Assembly: GCF_001194135.2 (NCBI RefSeq)
Contig: NC_068986.1
Location: 61,004,385-61,044,016, forward strand
Length of the DNA stretch: 39,632 bases
Source of the DNA: Octopus bimaculoides
Taxonomy: Eukaryota
Direction: 5' to 3'
This document shows, piece by piece, positions 24,260-34,261 of the stretch. How positions within the stretch are numbered: the first letter of the stretch is position 1; every line of letters begins with the position of its first letter. The position numbers were made by a program, and so were the translations under genes. Below the pieces are notes generated by a model. The model ran no database searches. It was not told the origin of the DNA and saw only the letters and a list, made by a program, of their open reading frames with translations.

Positions 24260-25212
24260 AAGAAGAAGAAGAAGAAAAACAACAACAACAACAACAACAA
24301 CAATATTAATAATATTAATAATAACAGTAATAAGAAGAATAGCATTGTTAGTAATGGTGTTAATACGAGAGGTAGAAAGAAACCTATACCTTTCTTCCGA
24401 ATGGGTGACACCATACCAATAAGAAACACAATAATAACATAATTTGGATTATATTTCCTTTTGCTAAACATTTGAAGTCTAATTTTATGAAGTCTATTTG
24501 TTCTATTATTAAATCAAATTTTAATAAATCTAGGTATGCTGAGATATTCAATAATAGAATGATTAGATTTGGTTTTTCTGTTTCTAATAACATATTTAGG
24601 ATTATTTCTTCCTTTATCAATAGAAAATTAAATCTTTACCACAAGAATTTAACCCCCCCTAATACTTATACCAACCCCAATTATTCAAATAGCTCTGTAT
24701 CTTCTACTAACGATTCCCATATTCACACAAACTCTTCCTCCATCAACACACATACACATAACAATAGTACACCTAATATTAGTAACAACTGTAACTGTAG
24801 AAACCCTAACACCTTTGAGGTTAAAGGTAATTGTAAAATGAAAAATGTTGTATATAAAGCTACTATTACAACACATGATCTCTCTAGGTTTCATTATATA
24901 GGTTGCATGCAGACTTCTCTTAAATTACGTTTGAACAATCATAAATCATCTTTTAATGATCTTCGGAAAGAAAATAGTACTAGTTTATCCAAAAAGGTAT
25001 CACAACTTAAAAGAGATAACATAAATTTCTCAATTTCTTGGAATATTGTTTCTTCTTTCCCCTCTTATAGGATTAGAAATAGAACTTGCCTTTTATGCCT
25101 TGAAGAGTCTTATATACTTATGAAAATGAACGGTTCTATCTTAAATTCGAAAGATGAAAGAGTTTCCTCTTGTAAATATATGTTCAAATTTCTTTTCATT
25201 AACCTTAAATAG
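22337..25212 (+). pseudogene. PLE polyprotein pseudogene (RT, N-rich linker, GIY-YIG)
   Basis: MEKINL, RIGWKAFFFD, SDKTGKLY, RITLKDHKPNF, FIQFDIDSYY, SAEVTDLVGIYLL, NMDDAL, SVNFLDANFN, YIHAQSNHP, CNCR, NVVYKATI, HYIGCMQ, LRLNNHKSSF, CLLCLEE. Multiple frameshifts and stops. Confidence 0.92.
24205..24305. repeat. compound (TAA)n(GAA)n(CAA)n microsatellite inside the PLE RT-endonuclease linker
   Basis: Direct reading. It can be read as poly-N/poly-K leading toward the IIWIIFPFAKHLKSNF motif. Confidence 0.85.
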
Positions 25213-25798
25213 TGTTACTGATTACCTTTTTGCTTTTTTTCTAATTAGCTCTTATTACACTCTTAGGTTATGTGTATGTATTCCCTGAGTGTGCATGTAT
25301 GTATGTATGTGTGCGTGTGTGGGTATGTTTATGCACTTGTGCTGTGTGTATACATATGTATGTATGTATATGTATTTGTACACACATATATATATATTTG
25401 TGTGTGTATTTTTTTATGTGTCTGTGTATGTATACTTATGTATGCATATATGTATATATTTTTGCATTTAGGTATGATGCATGTTTTACTTGTACGTCTT
25501 TGTGCTTGCACATGAAAGTATTTTGTTTTCTGTCTACATGTGTATATACAAGTATTTGTAGGTGTGTATGTATGTGTACTTGTTTTGTCTATGCATGTTT
25601 TTGTGTATGGATACATTAACACACACGCATATACGTGTGTATATCTGTGTATATATATATATCTGTATTTCTATATGTTTTTTTATATATGTTTTTACTT
25701 TTGGTGTATTTTGCATGCACCTTCGTGTTTTTTTTCTGTTTGGGCAGATGTGTATATATTATGTGTATTTTACATGTGTACTTGTGTGTGTGTGTGTA

Positions 25799-25864
<66 letters not shown>

Positions 25865-26646
25865 TTTATTTTATTTATTTATTTATTTATATGTATATAT
25901 GTGTATATGTGTGTATATATATGTGTGTGTGTGTGTGTGTACATGTGTGTCTGTGTATATGTATTAGCATGTTTATGTTTTATGTATATGTTTGTAGGTG
26001 TGTATATGTATATATATGTATATATGTTTATATATATATATAGTTATATATATATGTGTATACGTATATGTAGGTATGTATATATTTTTGCATGTATATG
26101 TGTATGTGTATTTGATTGTATACGTGTATGTATGCATGTATATGTATATATATTTATTTATTTCTATTTATATAGTTTTATGTGAATACGTACTTCTTTA
26201 TTTTATTTGTTGTATCTTCCCTCACACATGCACCCCTGTATAAGTGAGTGTATGTAAGTTTTTTTGTGTGTATATGTGTGTGTTGTGTATGTGTGTATGT
26301 ATGTCTATGTGTATGACTGTATATCCTTATGTGTTAAGTGTATACGTTTTTTTCTATCACTTGTAATTTTATAGCATTTTTTTACTTCAAATATTCATTT
26401 TTTGTTCCTACTTTTTTCTGATTGTCTCTCTTGCCTCAGGCTAGATTTGAGTAAGGTAACTATCTTGAATTACACTGACAGGTCTTGTCTGATTGAGGTT
26501 TTCCCTTGATAAATTCTCTTTGGTTTTTTCTCAGCATGTACGTACATTTTTATTTTAATATTGTAGCTTTTTTCAAACATAGTCTTGCCTATCACATTTT
26601 AGCCTCGTGTAAAATATACATACATATATTTTTTTCGTTTTTCAAT
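25213..26646 (+). repeat. PLE 3' region dominated by (TG)/(TA)/(TGTA) microsatellites
   Basis: Direct reading. The first ~340 bp are mirrored in the inverted arm at 20722-21075. Confidence 0.85.
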
Positions 26647-27373
26647 ATTAATATGTATATGTATAACTCTCTATGATTTTTCTACAAGTCCACCTGCTAC
26701 GGTATATTCTACTATACACACGTGGCCCTGTTTATTATATTTGTCTTGACCTGTCACCATTTTTTAAAACATACCCGTTAACTTTTCATTTTTATTTTTA
26801 TATTATAGTTTACTGCACATATAGACGTGCATACACATTGATATGTCTGCCTCCACCCCCCTTTTGTCTCTCGTACTATTATTATTACTGTTATTTTTTC
26901 CCCTTTTAAAACTTGTTTGCAAATATCCGATTTTTTTCCCTATTACCCCATTTGTATTCTCTCTTATTGTATCTTATTTTAATTTACTTCATTTTATTAA
27001 ACCTTCCTTGATGTCCTTACAAAAATTTCCTCACATTGATGAAAATGACAATGCATAAATTTAATTATAATTACTATGGTTATAATTTTTTTCTTACATA
27101 TCTGTATTGTCCTTTGAAATGCATGTATGTATTGAATCCTATTTTGTATTAAATCTAATTTTGATTCAACATCTTTTTCTCCTCCATTTTTCTGCAATTG
27201 TCTATGGTATTTTTATACCTATAACGATATTTTTCAACTACTATTTTTATATACTTATTACTGCTCTGGCTGTTTTTTATGAATGTGATGAATCTTTATC
27301 AGAAATCATTCTTTCTCTCATTTTGGACTTCTGAAAAAGTTTGAATTGTTCCCTTTTGAACTTATCTGTTCCC
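26647..27373 (+). repeat. pseudo-LTR, copy 2 (HHR core mutated to TTGATGA at 27036-42)
   Basis: Direct repeat of 21544-22271. Ends in (TA)n and an N-gap. Confidence 0.92.
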
Positions 27374-27629
27374 TATATATATANNNNNNNNNNNNNNNNN
27401 NNNNNNNNNNNNNNNNNNNNNNNNNNNNNNNNNNNNNNNNNNNTATATATACATGCACACACAAACACATTACCATTTAATGTCTATGTTCGATGCTCAC
27501 ATGGGTTGGACAGCATGTACATGTGTGTGTGTACATAAATATATAAATAAATAAATATATATATATGCATACATTATATAGATACATAGCTGCAGTCAAA
27601 TGACTGATACAAATAAAAGAATATATATA

Positions 27630-27955
27630 TAGGAGCGGCTCTGTGGTACGAAACTTGCTTCCTGACGACATGGTTCCAGGTTCAGTCCCACTACATCGCA
27701 CCTTGGGCAACAGTTTTCTACTATAACCTCAGGTTGACCAAAGCCTTGTGAGTGGACTTGGCAGATGGAAACTGAAAGAAGCTCATCATATATATATACA
27801 TATGTATGTACGTATGTATGTATTTATGTATGTATGCATGTATGTATGTATGTATGTATGCATGCATGAATTTGTGTGTCTGTGTTTGTCTGATGACAGT
27901 GTGTTTATGTTCCCATAAGTTAGCAGTTTGGCAAAAGAGACCAATAGAATAAAGC
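27630..27955 (+). mobile_element. tRNA-derived SINE
   Basis: GGCTCTGTGGTA, GGTTCCAGGTTCAGTCCC, CACCTTGGGCAA, internal (TGTA)n, partial tail. Confidence 0.85.
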
Positions 27956-28132
27956 ATTGCTTTTAATCAGATTTTTTACTGTGCATACTGGTAAAGGTTA
28001 GTGTAGCACATGCTGCTACCATATAACAGTTATTCACAAATACCTGTTCAGTGGTAGCAGGATGTGCTAGAAATACTAGCCAAATCAGTTGGATGTCAAT
28101 CCCCACCACTTTTCTTTCTTATATATATATAC

Positions 28133-28224
28133 ATTATAGCTTCTGGCCCACCAAAGACTTGTGAGTGGATTTCATACACAGAAACTGAAGGAACACTGTC
28201 ATATATATGTGTATATTAGTGTGT

Positions 28225-28276
<52 letters not shown>

Positions 28277-28420
28277 TACCCCTGCCATTGCTTTACAACC
28301 GATGTTGGTGTGTCTACATACCTATATCTTAGCAATTCGGGAAAACACTGATAGAATAATTAGTAGGCGGTGCTCCAGCATGGCTGCAGTCACATGACTG
28401 AAACAAGTAAAACAATAAAA
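28133..28420 (+). mobile_element. 5'-truncated SINE with internal (TG)n and tail type 1
   Basis: TTGTGAGTGGATTT ... GCTCCAGCATGGCTGCAGTCACATGACTGAAACAAGTAAAA. Confidence 0.85.
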
Positions 28421-28437
28421 AACTATGCCATATTTAT

Positions 28438-28750
28438 CCCGAGCAAGGCCGGGTATCTCTGCTAGTAAATATAAAACTGAGAATGCGTGTCTGTCTCTCT
28501 GTGAATGTGTGTGTGTCTGTATGTGTGCATCACTAAAACTCGAGAACTACCCAACCAATTTCATTCAAATTTTACAGATGCCTTACTTAGGGTCCATGGA
28601 GTGTCATGGGCCAAAATATTTTCAGCTTCTTGCCTAATGCAAGCCAGGAGCAATCTCTTATCTCTTAAACTGTTTCGGTATTACATGTCAAAAGTGAAAC
28701 AATAACATCTCTATTGTGATGTGATATAATAGTTTCACTATTATATGGTT
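28438..28750 (+). mobile_element. non-autonomous Helitron-like pieces: a 3' terminus joined to a 5' start
   Basis: GC-rich hairpin-like CCCGAGCAAGGCCGGG plus CTAGT (28462-66), then AAATATAAAACTGAGAATG-(TGTC/TG)n-...AACTACCCAACCAATTTCATTCAAATTT, which resembles non-autonomous Helitron 5' regions. Confidence 0.5.
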
Positions 28751-28796
28751 TCAATTTCAATTAGTTTCACTATCTATTTATATACATATATGTATA

Positions 28797-28834
<38 letters not shown>

Positions 28835-29192
28835 NNNNNNNNNNNNNNNNNNNNNNNNNNNNNNNNNNNNNNNNNNNNNNNNNNNNNNNNNNNNNNNNNN
28901 NNNNNNNNNNNNNNNNNNNNNNNNNNNNNNNNNNNNNNNNNNNNNNNNNNNNNNNNNNNNNNNNNNNNNNNNNNNNNNNNNNNNNNNNNNNNNNNNNNNN
29001 NNNNNNNNNNNNNNNNNNNNNNNNNNNNNNNNNNNNNNNNNNNNNNNNNNNNNNNNNNNNNNNNNNNNNNNNNNNNNNNNNNNNNNNNNNNNNNNNNNNN
29101 NNNNNNNNNNNNNNNNNNNNNNNNNNNNNNNNNNNNNNNNNNNNNNNNNNNNNNNNNNNNNNNNNNNNNNNNNNNNNNNNNNNNNNNNNNNN

Positions 29193-29225
<33 letters not shown>

Positions 29226-29227
<2 letters not shown>

Positions 29228-30062
29228 TACTTGCCCCCACCTTTTGGAGGGTTCAGAGTTCCACTTTAAACAAGGTGAAATATTTAAAATTAAATCAAAT
29301 TTCACCTGTGCCTCAGAAAATCTAATCTATGCCATTACATGCTAAGGGTGTGGTACTAATTATATTGGCCAAACAGGAATATCACTCCGTAGAAGAACCA
29401 CTCTCCACAAAGAACAAATCCACCACCCACAATACAGACAGATACAGGTCAGTGGACACATAGAAAGGTGTACGAAGAATCTCAATCCTAATTTCCTAAC
29501 TTTTCCCTTCTATCAATGTTCACAGAACACCTCAATGCAACAAAGAATGAATAAAGAGTCAACTTTCATCAAGAATATCTTCTACAACTAAATATGAACA
29601 CATAACATAATACAGAACACTACTAACCTTTCATTTAATACCACTAACCCCCATACATCCCATACACCATTCACATTACAGATCTAGGTCTACCCTAATT
29701 GCACCAAATCCAGAACTACTTATCTGCCTTACACATAATTTTTTTACTCAGGGACTAGTAGACCTGACACCGTTCAGTAATCGGTGTGCATTCAAAGCAA
29801 TGATTAGTAACATTACGAAACTGGTATGCTTTTGAATCTCTTTAACAATTCACAATAATGACTTTTATTACTTTTATTCCTACCTCAGTTCATCTAATTG
29901 TATATATCTATTGTTACTTTTCATAAAAAGCCTTTACTTGTTTTGATTTCCAATGTGCATTTTCACTTATTTTTCTTCTTACTTTACCCTTACATTTCCA
30001 CGTGTAGTTTCTATTTTGTTTTTGTAACATATTTCTATTATATATATATGTGTGTATATATA
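29226..30062 (+). mobile_element. second PLE family: GIY-YIG (CxxC type) fragment and 3' UTR
   Basis: 29250-29605 reads FKIKSNFTCASENLIYAITC-stop-GCGTNYIGQTGISLRRRTTLHKEQI...VSGHIERC. Flanked by (TA)n. Confidence 0.88.
29791..29836 (+). ncRNA. decayed minimal hammerhead (stems intact, core mutated)
   Basis: TTCAAAGCA-ATGATTA-GTAACATTAC-GAAA-CTGG-TA-TGCTTTTGAA. Confidence 0.6.
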
Positions 30063-30272
30063 NNNNNNNNNNNNNNNNNNNNNNNNNNNNNNNNNNNNNN
30101 NNNNNNNNNNNNNNNNNNNNNNNNNNNNNNNNNNNNNNNNNNNNNNNNNNNNNNNNNNNNNNNNNNNNNNNNNNNNNNNNNNNNNNNNNNNNNNNNNNNN
30201 NNNNNNNNNNNNNNNNNNNNNNNNNNNNNNNNNNNNNNNNNNNNNNCAGGGTTATTTCCCTTCTTCAGCGTA

Positions 30273-30324
30273 CGATAACGCTGAAGAAGGGAAATAACCC
30301 TGAAACTCGGGTCCGTACGTATCG
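30273..30324 (+). ncRNA. canonical minimal type I hammerhead ribozyme
   Basis: CGATAACG-CTGAAGA-AGGG(AAATAA)CCCT-GAAA-CTCGGG-TC-CGT(ACG)TATCG. GUC site; predicted cleavage after C30313. Confidence 0.85.
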
Positions 30325-30610
30325 CAGATCAAGATGGGAGGGATAACTTCCCTTGGCAAAAATAGACAGGACACAGATATGTGTCGATAAGCCAGCTGGA
30401 GGAGATGTTCTCCTGGGGCTAAAAGCAACAGTAACATCCACCCTTAGGGATCAGCCACATTTAAATGGCAAATATACTTCACTTTATATATATATATCTT
30501 TGTATATATACATGTGTGTGTGTGTATATGGAAAAGAATCCCATAAAACTCAACAAGTTTGATAAATATGGAGAAGAGAAGATGTTAAAATGTAAGAGAA
30601 ATTTAATTTA

Positions 30611-30707
30611 TGCAGATGATTGTTTCGAACAGTGATATTAATCATGCAAATTCATAGTTGAATAGAAATAATTAAATTAATTATATATCACTGTTCTCCT
30701 CAGTGCA
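30611..30707 (-). ncRNA. type I hammerhead, 12-bp stem II base
   Basis: Minus strand: TGCA-CTGAGGA-GAACAGTGATAT...ATATCACTGTTC-GAAA-CAATCA-TC-TGCA. Confidence 0.78.
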
Positions 30708-31374
30708 AGAAGTATAAACAAAAACTTTTGACAAAGGACTTGATAAAGGAAATAACAGTGTATAATTTCGAATATACATATTTATCTTTATGAGAAACCA
30801 AGTATTTACTATCTAAATTAACAATATTAACAACTGTTTTTCTCTTTTTTAATTTTTTTTTACCTTGAATTTAATACATGCAAATGAATATTAGTTCTTA
30901 AACACAACTCCATTTTACATACCTTTTTTCTCTTTAAGTATTGCAACCCCTCTAATACTTGTTTATATCACACTCCAGCAGTCCTTTATACACTATATCT
31001 TCTAGTTTAACTTCATTCTCATGTACAAAAGTTTTTTTAAATATACACCACACTTAGTATTGTTTCTAGGTCATATCCTAATTCAAATATAGCTACGCTT
31101 TTCCATTGGACATTTCTGTACAACTTTTTTTTACATACACGACTTATTTGGAATTAGAATTACTTATCTCCTTACTTTTCTATAGAGGGAATGTCTCATT
31201 CAACCTTTTTCACTTATATTTTCAAATAACCGTTAGTTGCCTTAGTTTTAGCCTATATCTAACTAGACTCATATTTCTTCTTTCTTTCTCATAAGGATAA
31301 ATATGAATATCCGAAACTATACTGTGCTATTTCCTTTATCAAGTCCTTTGTAAAAGTTTTTTGTTTATACTTCT

Positions 31375-31451
31375 TGCACTGAAGGGAACAGCATCTCTTC
31401 AACTATGAATTTGCATGATTTTAATATCGCTGTTCGAAACGATCATCTGCA
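31375..31451 (+). ncRNA. type I hammerhead with an A9>G core change
   Basis: TGCA-CTGAAGG-GAACAGC...GCTGTTC-GAAA-CGATCA-TC-TGCA. Confidence 0.7.
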
Positions 31452-31725
31452 TGAATTAAAATTCTCTTACATCTTAACATCTCTTCTCCATTTTTAACAA
31501 ACTTGTTGAGTTTTATGGGATTCCTTTCCATAAATTCACATAACCCACCATATACAAGTATTATTTTCATAATTGCAAACTTATGCCAGAAAGCTGCCAG
31601 CAAAATATGAAGAATCTATATTTGAAATCTTTTTTGGAATCCTCCAAATTAAAAGACGAAATATAATTCAACCTTTTTACACACACACACAAACACACAC
31701 ACACATACATGCATACATACATACA

Positions 31726-31814
<89 letters not shown>

Positions 31815-31915
31815 GGCTTGAATATGGTACTTATGCGAAGGCACCCGAATATCACATCCCAAAAAGGATGGGTGATTAAAATCAAACAATAAGCAACACG
31901 GATTTCAAAAGTGAT

Positions 31916-32004
31916 TGCAGTACGCACGTTTCATGCTACTTCAATTTATTTAAGTAATGTGAGCATTACCTTAAATGCAATATGAAGAGCAATCTTCAGC
32001 TGCA
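31916..32004 (-). ncRNA. type I hammerhead, left-arm copy
   Basis: Mirror of 32245-32333, with a perfect 5-bp stem I TGCAG/CTGCA. Confidence 0.72.
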
Positions 32005-32244
32005 CGAAAAAATGCAGAAAAAAAGACATATTACAAATGTGGCAACATATTAAAACCAAGTGGGAGAGAGCATACATAAAATCCAAATGAGAGGAAGAAT
32101 ATATAAGTCCATCTTGATAGACCCTGCTATGTCAAGATGGACTTATATATTCTTCCTCTCATTTGGATTTTATGTATGCTCTCTCCCACTTGGTTTTAAT
32201 ATGTTGCCACATTTGTAATATGTCTTTTTTTCTGCATTTTTTCG

Positions 32245-32333
32245 TGCAGCTGAAGATTGCTCTTCATATTGCATTTAAGGTAATGCTCACATTACTTAAA
32301 TAAATTGAAGTAGCATGAAACGTGCGTACTGCG
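32245..32333 (+). ncRNA. type I hammerhead, right-arm copy, extended stem II
   Basis: TGCAG-CTGAAGA(32250-56)-TTGCTCTTCA...ATTTAAG GTAATG CTCA CATTAC TTAAAT...TGAAGTAGCAT-GAAA(32317-20)-CGTGCG-TA-CTGCG. The first stem II pair is T/T. Confidence 0.72.
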
Positions 32334-32532
32334 ATCACTTTTGAAATCCGTGTTGCTTATTGTTTGATTATATATATATATAGTCAGTTAATAAAAAACA
32401 TATATCAGAAGGATGCACACTCTGAAGAATAGAGCAGTAATTATTATTTGTGGATGCAAAACCTTGGGTAACCCTATGTCCAAGATATAAAATTTTTGTT
32501 GTAATATATATTCATATATAAACAGCATGGAC

Positions 32533-32711
32533 GATGTTTGTAAGCCATTCAAGAACACACAAAAATTGTTAATTTCACTTCAACATTTGAATTTCATCTG
32601 TGTCAAAATAATTTTGTCACTTTGAAACTGCGACCTGTTCACTGACAAAACTTGGTGCTGCATCTGAGAGAGTAACAGTTAGTTCACGATATATATGTGT
32701 TCATGTATGTA

Positions 32712-32760
<49 letters not shown>

Positions 32761-33035
32761 GCATGTATCCATTACACACACACTCACATATACATGCACA
32801 CACACATACATACATGCATACATAGATATATACATACATACAAACATGCATGCATACATACATATATAAACATATATATCATGAACAAACTGTTATTCTC
32901 TCAGATGCAGCGCCAACTTTTGTCAGTGAACATGTCGTGGTTTCATAGTGACAAAAATATTTTGACACAAATGAAATCTAAATGTTGAAGTGAAACTAAT
33001 GGTTTTTGTGTGTTCTTGAATAGCTTACAAACATC
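32533..33035. mobile_element. older fold-back unit with ~155-bp arms and a self-complementary microsatellite spacer
   Basis: 32533-32687 is the reverse complement of 32881-33035 with many substitutions. The spacer is TG-rich then CA-rich. The right side continues to (AT)n at about 33110. Confidence 0.85.
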
Positions 33036-33108
33036 TTCCTTGCAACAATTGTTTTTGTTTCAGCACACAATCTCAGATCAAGTCACTTGCTATGCAAGTA
33101 CATCTCTG

Positions 33109-33163
<55 letters not shown>

Positions 33164-33302
33164 CATACATATATTGTAACTAGACATACATGAACCTTGT
33201 AAGATGCACCTTAATTTGTCTCAATGAAGCATTCTAATTTTAAAACAAATTTCTAACTAGTTGGAGTCTGCGATGAAACAACTGGAAAGAACAATAATGT
33301 AA

Positions 33303-33338
<36 letters not shown>

Positions 33339-33442
33339 ACATGCATGTGTGTGTGTTANNNNNNNNNNNNNNNNNNNNNNNNNNNNNNNNNNNNNNNNNN
33401 NNNNNNNNNNNNNNNNNNNNNNNNNNNNNNNNNNNNNNNNNN

Positions 33443-33497
<55 letters not shown>

Positions 33498-33636
33498 CAT
33501 ACATATATTGTAACTAGACATACATGAACCTTGTAAGATGCACCTTAATTTGTCTCAATGAAGCATTCTAATTTTAAAACAAATTTCTAACTAGTTGGAG
33601 TCTGCGATGAAACAACTGGAAAGAACAATAATGTAA

Positions 33637-33672
<36 letters not shown>

Positions 33673-33901
33673 ACATGCATGTGTGTGTGTTATTTCTTCT
33701 GTATCATAGCAAGAGTCAGTTGTATGGCTCTCTAATTTTAGTTTTAGATGGTACCAGTCATTTGTGGTTATTTTAATGAATGAATGTTTATGTATGAGCA
33801 TAATTGAATGTTAACATAACATGTATAATTGTGTTTCTAAGATTTTTGTTTGCATACATTTATAATATGAAGTGGTTTAAACAAAGAAAATTAAATAAAA
33901 G

Positions 33902-33941
<40 letters not shown>

Positions 33942-34223
33942 AATATAGGCACACATATACAAACACAATACATTTTTCAATGCTGAGAGTTTAATCGTTC
34001 CATTTGTTGTGAGGATATCTTAGCCCCTTTGGTATCTCCAAGTTGAATCTGAGCCATCATCAAATGGTACCAGAAAGCAGTCATATTTGGTTCCAGTTCA
34101 ATGCCCTGCAAGTTATAAAAAGATTTACTTTATAGTTTGTCAGTTATATTTTCTTTACTGTCAGCAGTTTTAAGTCGTGGTTCATGTAGAAGCTGGGATA
34201 AAAAAAAAAATTGTAGCACTTAC

Positions 34224-34261
<38 letters not shown>

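Larger units (their letters stand above)
21544..27373 (+). mobile_element. near-complete decayed Penelope-like retroelement (RT plus C-terminal GIY-YIG) with direct terminal repeats
   Basis: Direct repeats at 21544-22271 and 26647-27373 flank a broken RT-GIY-YIG reading frame and a microsatellite-rich UTR. Confidence 0.92.
30527..31532. mobile_element. fold-back unit with ~270-bp imperfect inverted arms, each carrying an HHR
   Basis: 30527-30797 is the reverse complement of about 31285-31532. AT-rich spacer, no ORF. Confidence 0.85.
31880..32369. mobile_element. near-perfect 490-bp palindrome carrying two outward-facing HHRs
   Basis: Arms 31880-32117 and 32132-32369 (238 bp, one mismatch seen), 14-nt loop. 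(TA)n at the right end and ~70 bp beyond the left arm. Confidence 0.93.

Noticed and set aside
22337-25212. In-frame TGA codons as selenocysteine, as in some N-terminal-endonuclease PLEs
   Set aside because: This element has a C-terminal endonuclease and also carries TAG/TAA stops and frameshifts, so simple decay explains the TGAs.
25270-26243. Many overlapping 60-207 aa ORFs rich in YI/VC/CM (also 20663-21017, 28745-29305, 33240-33527, 34323-34740)
   Set aside because: They are translations of dinucleotide microsatellites and N-gaps with no protein signal.
33158-33692. ~200-bp unique sequence repeated twice
   Set aside because: Identical copies bounded by the same microsatellites flank the gap at 33359-33442; most likely a scaffolding duplication.
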